From NCBI GenBank assembly GCA_025449635.1, contig JANWIZ010000006.1:1-51491 (forward strand): 51,491 nt of DNA, read 5' to 3'. The DNA is from Patescibacteria group bacterium. GTDB lineage: Bacteria > Patescibacteriota > Microgenomatia > Woykebacterales > RBG-16-39-9b. The position numbers and the translations under genes are program-made. Numbering within the stretch: position 1 is the first letter of the stretch; each line of letters starts with the position of its first letter. A model generated the notes under the pieces. That model was not told the origin of the DNA. It did not search any database and saw only the letters and a list, made by a program, of their open reading frames with translations. Below are positions 16,713-24,947 of the stretch, in pieces.

Positions 16713-17348
16713 TTAGACTCCTTCCCCTCGCCAAACGGCAAACGGGGTTTTGAGCATAATTTTTAAATCAAGCCACAGTGATTTTGCTCTAGCGTAATCT
16801 GCATCCATTTTTATTCTTTCCTCAAAGCCGATGCTGCTTCTACCAGAAACTTGCCAAAGTCCTGTAACTCCTGGTTTTACCGTGAGAGATGATTCAACCA
16901 GTTGTTTACAATTAGGAAATTTCTTGGTTTGTTCAGAAAGTTCATCGGGATAATAGGCTCTTGGTCCAATCAGGCTCATTTCATTTCTCAAAACATTAAT
17001 TAATTGAGGTAGCTCATCAATACTAGTTTTTCGCAAAAACGACCCAACTTTAGTAATCCTGGGATCTTTATCAAGCTTAAAGTTGTTTTGTTTGTATTTT
17101 TCCAAAAGTTCTTTGTATTTTGGATCAGTTCGAAGTAATTTGTGAGAATCCTTCAACATTGAACGAAACTTATACATCCTGAAAGTCTTACCCTTTTGAC
17201 CAACACGATTAGAATTTTCGACCAAAATCGGTCCTTCTGAGGTAAGTTTGATTGCAAGGGCAGCTAAAATCATAATTGGTAAAAGAATAATTAAACCTAA
17301 AATTGCTCCAACAAGATCAATTACCCGTTTTAGAAAAAAATAAACCAT
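16713..17348 (-). CDS. Initiating polyprenyl-phosphate phosphoglycosyl transferase (small monotopic bacterial sugar transferase, PglC/WbaP-C type)
   Basis: Motifs: KRVIDLVGAILGLIILLPIMIL (re-entrant helix), FRMYKFRSM and DELPQLINVLRNEMSLIGPR. The start is ambiguous. I prefer ATG 17348 (MVYFFLKRVIDL); the track uses GTG 17408. Confidence 0.85.
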   Translation of the reverse strand: MVYFFLKRVIDLVGAILGLIILLPIMILAALAIKLTSEGPILVENSNRVGQKGKTFRMYKFRSMLKDSHKLLRTDPKYKELLEKYKQNNFKLDKDPRITKVGSFLRKTSIDELPQLINVLRNEMSLIGPRAYYPDELSEQTKKFPNCKQLVESSLTVKPGVTGLWQVSGRSSIGFEERIKMDADYARAKSLWLDLKIMLKTPFAVWRGEGV

Positions 17349-17439
17349 AGTTCGTAAGTGGAACCAATGTTTCGCCTGCCTTTGACAAAATAGGCAAAGG
17401 TTGCCCACCTTTGCCCTAGATATTCTAGTTCAAATTATA

Positions 17440-18525
17440 TCACAGATACTTTTCGGTTTTATTGTCTTTCAACTTTTGAACAATTTTCTTCACATCCTGA
17501 GACCGTGACTTTGGACAAATCAAAAGTGCATCCGGAGTATCGACAATAATCATACTTTCCAAACCAACAGTAGCGACTAATTTATTTTCATGGGTTTGGA
17601 ATATTAAACAATCAACTGAGTCAATATCGATATGCTGTCCTTTTACAACATTTTGCTCCAAAGTCTCCGCTAATTCATCCTTCAAAACATTCCAAGCCCC
17701 AACATCAGTCCAACCCAACACAGCTGGAATTTCCAATTGATCCGCTTTTTCAAGTTTTTCAAATAGCGCATGATCGATCATCATCTTTGGAATTTTGGAA
17801 TACTCTTGTTCAATAATCTTTTTTTCTGAAGAGTTACCAACTGCTTCTTGAATTTTCTTTAATGCGGTAAAAGCTTCAATACTGTGTTTTTCGAGTACCT
17901 CCATAAACTTACTTAATCTCCAAACAAAATAACCAGTATTCCAAAGATAGTTACCCTCTTCCAAAAACCTTTCCGCTGTAGCGTGATCAGGTTTCTCAAT
18001 ATGACGACGAAATTCGTAAACTTCGAAACCATCAACCTCTCTTACTTTACCTCCAATTTCCAAATACCCTAGATGAACACTTGGAAAAGTTGGGCGTACA
18101 TCAACTTTGGCAATCACGTTCTCCTCGTTTGCCAATTTTTCAGCCGCTTTTAAAGCTTTGATAAAAGTTTCCTTTTCCCTAACAATATGATCAGCCCCCC
18201 ATATAGCAGCCATAGTTTCACCAGGAAATTTTTTCTCTAGATAAGCAGCTGCAAAGCTAACTGCTGCCAGGGTATCTCTCATCTCAGGTTCACCAATAAT
18301 GTTTTCTGCTGGAATATCAGGAACTTGTTTTTTTACAATATCAACAAAATCTTTACCAGTTAGAATAAAAACATCTGTCTTTGAAAAACCTGAGAGTACC
18401 ATTTCAACCATTTGCTGAAACATCGAAGTTTCCCCTACTAATTTTTGAAATTGTTTGGGCATAGCTTTTCGACTCAAGGGCCACATTCTAGTCCCAGATC
18501 CACCAGAAAAGATTACAACTTTCAC
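17440..18525 (-). CDS. Mannose-1-phosphate guanylyltransferase-like sugar nucleotidyltransferase (no cupin/PMI domain)
   Basis: Contains FSGGSGTRMWPLSR and about 360 aa of ManC-like fold. I prefer the GTG 18525 start because AGGTAGG lies about 6 nt upstream. The track start is TTG 18531. Confidence 0.8.
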   Translation of the reverse strand: MKVVIFSGGSGTRMWPLSRKAMPKQFQKLVGETSMFQQMVEMVLSGFSKTDVFILTGKDFVDIVKKQVPDIPAENIIGEPEMRDTLAAVSFAAAYLEKKFPGETMAAIWGADHIVREKETFIKALKAAEKLANEENVIAKVDVRPTFPSVHLGYLEIGGKVREVDGFEVYEFRRHIEKPDHATAERFLEEGNYLWNTGYFVWRLSKFMEVLEKHSIEAFTALKKIQEAVGNSSEKKIIEQEYSKIPKMMIDHALFEKLEKADQLEIPAVLGWTDVGAWNVLKDELAETLEQNVVKGQHIDIDSVDCLIFQTHENKLVATVGLESMIIVDTPDALLICPKSRSQDVKKIVQKLKDNKTEKYL

Positions 18526-18558
18526 AAACAACCTACCTTTCTATAATAACTAATAGTT

Positions 18559-18607
18559 TTGGGAATGAACGGTTCTTTAAGCGTTAGCGAAAAGGTTCTT
18601 ATTTTCA
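18559..18607 (-). promoter_or_regulatory. Conserved intergenic element, copy B (direct repeat AAGAACC x2), upstream of the manC-like gene
   Basis: Minus strand reads TGAAAATAAGAACCTTTTCGCTAACGCTTAAAGAACCGTTCATTCCCAA, starting at the TGA stop of the GT4 gene. About 42 of 49 columns are identical to copy A by hand alignment. Confidence 0.4.
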
Positions 18608-19753
18608 TTTTATTGACCTTTCATAAACTTGAGATACAAAGTCTTTCATTTTTGTTCGAAACACCTCCTTTGAAAACTTTTCCGCCTGCTCAATACAATC
18701 CTGAGGTTTGATTTGACTTGAATCGAGATTCTTAAGTGCTTCTATTATAGACTCTGGGGTTTGTTCGTCAAAGAACACCCCAGTCTTACCTTCGATTATT
18801 GTTTCCAATGCTCCTCCACTCTTATAAGCTAATACGGGCTTTCCCGCTGCCATAGCCTCGACTGGGACTATACCAAAATCCTCCAATGTGGGGAAAATTA
18901 GCGCTCTACAGTTGATTAGTAACTCTTTAACTTTTTCATCGTTAACTCTACCTAAAAGATTGACGTTGGATTGTGCGATTTCTTTGAGATAGGTAAGCTG
19001 TGGTCCATCTCCAACAATTATTAGTTTATCTTTAATTTTGTTAAAAGCCTTAACAACAACATCAATTTTTTTATAACCACCCAACCTTGAAACAACCAAA
19101 TAATACTTCTCTGATTTTGGATTTTGTTTGGTATTTTCAAACCTCTTTGTATCAACAGGAGGATAAATAACAGTTCCGGTTCGATTGTAATGCTTCTTCA
19201 ATCTAGCCTCAACTTCTTTTGAATTAACAAGAAAGTAATCAATATTTTGGGCAATATTGTAATCCCAACGACGCAGTAATGATTTTATTGGGGGAACTAA
19301 TATTTTATAAAAAAATTCCAAATAACGATCAAAACCATGTCTGTAGTAACGAGAAAGTTCAGTATCATAACCCCAAAGAAACCTTGGAACTGTATGTAGA
19401 TAACAAATATGAATCGAGCCTTTTGGTTTTTTTATAAATTTAGCTGCGTATGAAGACGAACTTATAATTAGATTAGGATTACCAAGATTTTGCAATCTAA
19501 AAGCTACTGGGTAAAGGAAAAAATAGTGTTTTGAAAGATAATTTGCAAAAGGTAGCTTACTAATAAAATTGGTTTTGATTCTCTTAGGATCGATTTTGAG
19601 CCAATTTTTCATCAATTTTTGATCATAAATGCTTGTGTAAACATAAGCGTTCGGCCAAATTTCTGCTAACGCTTCTGCTACCCGTTCGCCACCTCCGTAT
19701 TGATTGAAATAATCGTGAACAATTGCTACCTTTAGTTCTTTTGAATCAGACAT
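18605..19753 (-). CDS. GT4-family (GT-B) glycosyltransferase
   Basis: 382 aa with the C-terminal motif EDFGIVPVEAMAAGKPVLA, typical of GT4/GT1 retaining transferases. Confidence 0.85.
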   Translation of the reverse strand: MSDSKELKVAIVHDYFNQYGGGERVAEALAEIWPNAYVYTSIYDQKLMKNWLKIDPKRIKTNFISKLPFANYLSKHYFFLYPVAFRLQNLGNPNLIISSSSYAAKFIKKPKGSIHICYLHTVPRFLWGYDTELSRYYRHGFDRYLEFFYKILVPPIKSLLRRWDYNIAQNIDYFLVNSKEVEARLKKHYNRTGTVIYPPVDTKRFENTKQNPKSEKYYLVVSRLGGYKKIDVVVKAFNKIKDKLIIVGDGPQLTYLKEIAQSNVNLLGRVNDEKVKELLINCRALIFPTLEDFGIVPVEAMAAGKPVLAYKSGGALETIIEGKTGVFFDEQTPESIIEALKNLDSSQIKPQDCIEQAEKFSKEVFRTKMKDFVSQVYERSIK

Positions 19754-19760
19754 GGCTGTA

Positions 19761-19769
19761 ATTATAGCA
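19761..19769 (-). promoter_or_regulatory. Extended -10 promoter element (TGCTATAAT) 7 nt upstream of the GT4 ATG
   Basis: Minus strand reads TGCTATAAT tacagcc ATG(19753). There is no Shine-Dalgarno sequence and no convincing -35. This implies a leaderless or near-leaderless transcript. Confidence 0.35.
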
Positions 19770-19808
19770 TTATTAAACCTAAAAGTAGTTTCTAAACGGA
19801 TTTATTGT

Positions 19809-21404
19809 TTATTTCAAAAGTTTCGTAACATCTGTAAACTTGTAGAGATTTTGTTCATCAGGGTATATGTAATTTTTGTCTGGTAAAAGATTCAGGCTAG
19901 CTCCGAAATATTTATTCAAGACAACTCTAAAAGAATTTACTGGAGTTATTTCTGGATATAACTTCGAATAATCTTTATCAGGGAAGTAATAAGCGGATAG
20001 AATAGGGAATTTTTCTTTTAATGTTTCTTGGCTAGCTTTTTCCCAACTACCGCCTCTAGGAAAAAGCATTGGATGTGGACCTTCGTCTGCTTGAAGAACA
20101 ATCACTGGTTTACCGTTTTTGTTGGACATTAATGTTTTTATTAACTTTTCTATTTTTTTATTTGTACATTGAAGCTGGTCGGTGTAAAGCTCTACTTGCG
20201 GTTTTTGAATACCTTCTTGGATATTTTTGCAATTTTCATCAAACACATAAGGTTCATGAGGAGCGAGGATATGGGTGAAAATAAACTTTGGTCCAGATTC
20301 CTTTATAATTTCACTAAAAATTGAGAATTCATAATTCACGGTTTCACGGTGATTAGCAAAATGGTACAAATTTGCAGCTGCTTCAGGTGAGAACCAACGA
20401 ACTATAGGTATTAAAACCGTATGTTGGATCAAAGCCCTATAATACTCCTCCAATCTCACTTCAACTTTATTGGATAAGTAATTCTTATCTGCGTTTTTGT
20501 TAGTATGAGTCACTGGCCACCAGGGGCCAACATTAAAAAATTTATAGCCTCTTTCTTTAAGATTTAAAAGCACTTTATTAGTCTCAACCAAATTATGAGT
20601 GAGGTTTTCGTTACCAAACCCGGCAGAATTCAATTTTTTATCTTCAAAATTCAGATAAGACATATTTAAAGACGAGATCAACGAATGAAGTGTTTTAGGA
20701 TAATTTGAAGTTGCCTTTGAAGCTACAAAGAACCCCTGAGAAGTTAAAAAATCGTAAAACCCATTGTTATTGTATTTGTACAAACCTTCGATAGTAGGTT
20801 TCCCGGCGTAGCGATCAAAGATAAAGTAATAAATATCTGGTTTTTCTCCAACAGACTTCTTTAAAGAGTCTGTTAGTTTTTTTTCTTCTGAAGCTATCTT
20901 TATTACTTGTCTTTGCTGACCAAAGTTATTTACTTGAAATTCAATTATTGAAAACAAAGGGGAAATTAATAGTACTAAAGTCATTAAAGTGAACATTTGG
21001 GTAAATATATTAATATTGTTTTTTACCCTCTTTAACCGATAAAAACTCAAGTAAATAACTAAAGCCCAAACTCCAAAAATAACGCCAGCGTGCGGTATTT
21101 TTAAAGGTTCTAAGATAAAGTTAATCTTACTCAAAATTTCATCGATTGTCTGATAACTTGTAAAAAAGAGTGACAAAATTGTGGCTGAAATTGCAGATTT
21201 ACGAAAATCTTTGAAAAAATAATACGATCCTAAAATTAAAATTATAACGACAACAAAAGACAAAATTATGGGTAAGAGGATAATCGATAATGGAAGGTAG
21301 TCCATATTTTTACGGAAAGTAAAGAGAATTGGGAATAGGACAAAAAGAAACGGATGCAAAGGCGTACTAAATAGTTCTTTAAATTTATTAAAAGTTTGGT
21401 GCAT
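19809..21404 (-). CDS. Polytopic membrane protein with extracytoplasmic alkaline-phosphatase-superfamily (LtaS/GacH/sulfatase-like) domain, paralog 1
   Basis: 531 aa with about 5 N-terminal TM helices. The following domain carries IYYFIFDRYAG, SNYPKTLHSLISSLNM and LQADEGPH. The C-terminus (EITPVNSFRVVLNKYFG...FTDVTKLLK) is paralogous to 49596..51206. Confidence 0.7.
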   Translation of the reverse strand: MHQTFNKFKELFSTPLHPFLFVLFPILFTFRKNMDYLPLSIILLPIILSFVVVIILILGSYYFFKDFRKSAISATILSLFFTSYQTIDEILSKINFILEPLKIPHAGVIFGVWALVIYLSFYRLKRVKNNINIFTQMFTLMTLVLLISPLFSIIEFQVNNFGQQRQVIKIASEEKKLTDSLKKSVGEKPDIYYFIFDRYAGKPTIEGLYKYNNNGFYDFLTSQGFFVASKATSNYPKTLHSLISSLNMSYLNFEDKKLNSAGFGNENLTHNLVETNKVLLNLKERGYKFFNVGPWWPVTHTNKNADKNYLSNKVEVRLEEYYRALIQHTVLIPIVRWFSPEAAANLYHFANHRETVNYEFSIFSEIIKESGPKFIFTHILAPHEPYVFDENCKNIQEGIQKPQVELYTDQLQCTNKKIEKLIKTLMSNKNGKPVIVLQADEGPHPMLFPRGGSWEKASQETLKEKFPILSAYYFPDKDYSKLYPEITPVNSFRVVLNKYFGASLNLLPDKNYIYPDEQNLYKFTDVTKLLK

Positions 21405-22776
21405 TTAAACTTTCTAACAAATAAATACTTCGCTGACTACCTTTGATTTTAGTTGAATCAATTATTTTATAGAACTGCGTAAAAGCTTTTTCAAAACCTT
21501 CCTCAGTGTAGTTTTGGAAGATATCTGTCCTTGTTGACAATAGTTTCTGAACCTGTGAATCCTGCTTAGGAACAAATTCAATTATCAAATACTTACTCAA
21601 AGAGGAAAAAAATTCTGCTTGTAGTTCAAGTGGTATGTTATTTGAAATTGTAAGGTGATGTATGAGAGCAAGAGCTAAAATACAATCAACTAATCCCCTG
21701 CCACTAAACGGATCTCTTTCCAAATTTCTCCACCCCAAACCGGGGCTAGGATTTACTAAATCTATCTGTAAAGGCAAAATATTTTTTTCGCTTTTTTCTT
21801 TAACTATTCTATAGTTCAACTCAACTGCAGCTGGATCTATGTCGGAGGCGATTGTTTCAATCCCTTTTTTTGAGGCGATTCGGCTAAATTCACCAGTATT
21901 AGCTCCCAGATCCCAAACAAATTTTGGTTTGCTTTTAGTTAAATATTTTTCGATTAAAGCCGCTTTTTGCTTAAAAGCTGTTCTTTTGTAATTTGTATTT
22001 GAGTAATAATCACCCCATTCTGTTCCCTTTGGAGTCCAACTCAAACCTTTTACAGTACTTTCTAGATTATCTAAAAGTCCTAGAAAAGATTGTTTGCTAA
22101 ACTTACCGACTTTTTTGACTCCTTTGCCTGAATATTTCTCTTGCATCGAAGCATGTAGGTGAATATGAACTAAGAGTCCAAGGTTTAATCTAGTTTTCCA
22201 AGGAAGTAGTGTACTTACTAGTTTGAGTGGGGTTCCATCTAGGAAAACCGTTGAGAGTTTGTTTAGATAGATATCCTTCTTACTCATCAGAGCTAGTGGT
22301 CCTAAGAAATGCTGGCAAAACTGCTTGTAGGCAACCCAAGGACGATCCTGCTTATATTTTTCAAATGATAAGGTATCTATAAAAATTGGCTTTCCTTCCA
22401 AAAATTGGACGTTAAAAGCACTAGCGTCTTTCAAAGACATACCAAACTCAAGTGCAACCCTCTCAATTTGCAGAGTTAAAAATGCAGCGTCTTTTAGCTG
22501 ACTAAATGACCATTCATATGGGTACGAAATAAAAGGTATTCTCAGAGGTTTAATTACTTTATAAGCTGAATCAGAATATTTTTGGGAATTGTTAACTTCA
22601 GAATGAGGTATCAAGAGTTTTTCCTTAACCAATCTGGTATAAAGACCAGACTCCATCAATAAATCAAAATTTTCTTTATATGAAAGGTTTACTTGTCTAA
22701 AAATGGTTTCTTCAACCTCAAAAAGAAAACCGTCTGGATCTCTGAAAGAAGCGTTAGATTTATGACCTCGAACCAT
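21388..22776 (-). CDS. Fusion of a kinase-like N-domain and a class I SAM-dependent methyltransferase
   Basis: 462 aa. The N-half has FRDPDGF and KDASAFNVQFLEGKPIFIDTLSF, a D-x4-N...D spacing like the APH/choline-kinase catalytic core. The C-half has VWDLGANTGEFS (SAM motif I). Confidence 0.6.
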   Translation of the reverse strand: MVRGHKSNASFRDPDGFLFEVEETIFRQVNLSYKENFDLLMESGLYTRLVKEKLLIPHSEVNNSQKYSDSAYKVIKPLRIPFISYPYEWSFSQLKDAAFLTLQIERVALEFGMSLKDASAFNVQFLEGKPIFIDTLSFEKYKQDRPWVAYKQFCQHFLGPLALMSKKDIYLNKLSTVFLDGTPLKLVSTLLPWKTRLNLGLLVHIHLHASMQEKYSGKGVKKVGKFSKQSFLGLLDNLESTVKGLSWTPKGTEWGDYYSNTNYKRTAFKQKAALIEKYLTKSKPKFVWDLGANTGEFSRIASKKGIETIASDIDPAAVELNYRIVKEKSEKNILPLQIDLVNPSPGLGWRNLERDPFSGRGLVDCILALALIHHLTISNNIPLELQAEFFSSLSKYLIIEFVPKQDSQVQKLLSTRTDIFQNYTEEGFEKAFTQFYKIIDSTKIKGSQRSIYLLESLNAPNF

Positions 22777-23014
22777 TAGTTTTGTTTTTAGATTTGGCAG
22801 TGTTAGTCGTTACCTTTTTGAAAGGCTTTGTAAAAAATACGCTTAAGTTTCTCCAGAAACTTTTAATGAGAAAAAGTGCACCGACTAAACCAGCTATCAG
22901 AAACTGAAATACGAAACTTCCTGTCCCAGGATCTAGGTAAGCAAATGCTGGTCTAGCAAATAAAAGTAATAGAAATCCAATATAAAGTAGTACAGATAGT
23001 TTTATGTTTTTCAT
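22760..23014 (-). CDS. Small membrane protein with YLDPGTGS motif
   Basis: 84 aa. It has a hydrophobic N-terminus ending AFA, then YLDPGTGSFVFQFLIAGLVGALFLI (a second TM helix) and a basic tail. It overlaps the next gene by 17 nt. Confidence 0.5.
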   Translation of the reverse strand: MKNIKLSVLLYIGFLLLLFARPAFAYLDPGTGSFVFQFLIAGLVGALFLIKSFWRNLSVFFTKPFKKVTTNTAKSKNKTNGSRS

Positions 23015-23042
23015 AATTTACAATATATTACTTGTTGTTCAG

Positions 23043-23085
23043 AAAAAAATCTACACCGCGTTTTACTAAACAATCAGCAAAACGC
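23043..23085 (-). terminator. Candidate intrinsic terminator after the deacetylase gene
   Basis: Minus strand: GCGTTTTGCT gattgttt AGTAAAACGC, a 10-bp stem with one G-U pair. An 8-nt spacer and T7 follow. The spacer before the T-run weakens the call. Confidence 0.35.
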
Positions 23086-23088
23086 TCT

Positions 23089-24012
23089 TTATTTGGATAA
23101 TTTTGCTTTAAAAGTTTCCAGAGTATCAAAACCACTAACAACCACTCTGTTGAGGAATAGCTGCTCGCTTGAAGTTAGAGTGTTTCCTGGTCTGGTACTA
23201 AACGCCAAACGGTAACCAGCTTCTCTGGCTAAATTAACAACCTCCTCGTTATAATCTCCGTAAGGATAAGCCAAATAATTTATCTTCTTCCCTAAACCTT
23301 CCTCTAGTAGCCTTTTGCTTTCAAAAATTTCTCTCCTTCGCTCATCCGGAGAAATTTTTGTTAGTAAAAAATGTGACAATGTATGACTCTGTACATCAAC
23401 CAAACCAGAGTTGTGAATTTCCTTCAACATTGACCAGCTCATATAATTCGGGTAATTAGTGTAGTTACCGACATAAAAACTTACTACCCTTAGGTTGTAC
23501 TTCTTAATTATTGGAAAGGCATTTTGATAAAAGTCTCTATATCCGTCATCAAAGGTAATAATTACACTTTTTGGCGGTAATGGTGTACGGTTTACCAAAC
23601 TTTCGTAAAGATCATTCAGACTGATCGTCTGAAAGCCATTTTTTGATAAATATTCGAACTGACGATCCAGTTCTGCCACTTTGACTGAAAGGTGATAACT
23701 TAACTCCTCAGTTGGAGGAACAGCATCTCGCACATAGTGGTACATCAACACTGGCACATGAACAACAAAATCATTTTCAGTTTTTATCTCCAATTTTTGC
23801 CTGGCGCTGATGCTAGCAACTTCTCTAGCAAGATTGATAGCTGATGAAGTTGCCAAAATCTGACTTTCCCTTACTTTCTCGGTTGAGAGTTCGATTATAT
23901 TAACATTAGAGAATTCTTCCCAGTAAAATTCTTTAAAAAAACTCAGTAACCCTCCAACTATTAAAACCGCAACAAAAACCTTTTTAAAAAATTTCATATT
24001 CCTCGTTAACAT
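23089..24012 (-). CDS. Membrane-anchored polysaccharide deacetylase (CE4/NodB)
   Basis: 307 aa with an N-terminal TM helix. NodB motifs are ITFDDGYRD and VQSHTLSH. An alternative start is ATG 23997. Confidence 0.85.
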   Translation of the reverse strand: MLTRNMKFFKKVFVAVLIVGGLLSFFKEFYWEEFSNVNIIELSTEKVRESQILATSSAINLAREVASISARQKLEIKTENDFVVHVPVLMYHYVRDAVPPTEELSYHLSVKVAELDRQFEYLSKNGFQTISLNDLYESLVNRTPLPPKSVIITFDDGYRDFYQNAFPIIKKYNLRVVSFYVGNYTNYPNYMSWSMLKEIHNSGLVDVQSHTLSHFLLTKISPDERRREIFESKRLLEEGLGKKINYLAYPYGDYNEEVVNLAREAGYRLAFSTRPGNTLTSSEQLFLNRVVVSGFDTLETFKAKLSK

Positions 24013-24947
24013 TTATCTTTTGTAACTTTATCAAAAACTGAGCCAGTTAAATCAACTGCTTTAATTAAAATTCTACAATCCTCTGCTTCAACAGTTAAAA
24101 AATGGTAAACTGATTTTTGAACTTTTGTAAACCATTTTGCGACCCCCACTGGATACAGGCTTCGACCCCCTCCACCAGTAACAATATAAACTATTCCATT
24201 TTTGTCACAGCGGTTTTTATAAATTTCACAAGTTCGCTGATAGTTATGCTCATGCCCATTAAAAACAAAATCTACCTTATGCTTTTCCAAAATTGGAATG
24301 ATTTTATCGATCACTTTTTGGTCTTGCCCATGAACAACACCACTACTATAAGGAGCGTGGTGGAAATAAACTATTACCCATTTATTTTGACTTAACTTTT
24401 GCGAAAGCACCTTTTCCAACCAAGGTAGCATTTTATTGGGGACTTCATTCAACGGTGAGTTTGAATCGAGCGCAACAAATAAAACACTGGCGAAAGAAAA
24501 AGAGTAATACCGCTCGTTATCAGGAAGATCAAAAGTATCAACGAATGGCTGACCATTATCAGTTAAATAATCATGATTACCTAGTGTTGGGTAAAAAGCA
24601 GCTTTTGAAAATAAATCTTTATAAACGTCTAAGACCTTCTCCTTGATCTCCTTTGGTGTACCTCTATCATATGCCAAATCTCCAGTATGAAGTACAATTT
24701 TAGGATTTTCCTTCACCATCAGTGAAGCTAATTTTTTTTGCTCGCTACTACCAGAACCACTATCTCCAAAAACTAAAAATTTTATCTTTTCATTCTTATC
24801 TACTTCGATTTTCTTCTGGGGAATTTTTGTAACAATACTTTGATCATAAATTGAGTAAACTAAAAAGAACCCTATTATTAGAACCAGTAAACTTATTGGT
24901 AGGAAAGTAATAAGCAGTTTAATCCTTGGCTGAAACTGTTTTTTCAT
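24006..24947 (-). CDS. Membrane-anchored calcineurin-like metallophosphoesterase
   Basis: 313 aa with an N-terminal TM helix. Motifs: GDSGSG, GDLAYDRG, GNHDY, HHAPY and GHEHNYQR. Confidence 0.85.
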   Translation of the reverse strand: MKKQFQPRIKLLITFLPISLLVLIIGFFLVYSIYDQSIVTKIPQKKIEVDKNEKIKFLVFGDSGSGSSEQKKLASLMVKENPKIVLHTGDLAYDRGTPKEIKEKVLDVYKDLFSKAAFYPTLGNHDYLTDNGQPFVDTFDLPDNERYYSFSFASVLFVALDSNSPLNEVPNKMLPWLEKVLSQKLSQNKWVIVYFHHAPYSSGVVHGQDQKVIDKIIPILEKHKVDFVFNGHEHNYQRTCEIYKNRCDKNGIVYIVTGGGGRSLYPVGVAKWFTKVQKSVYHFLTVEAEDCRILIKAVDLTGSVFDKVTKDKC

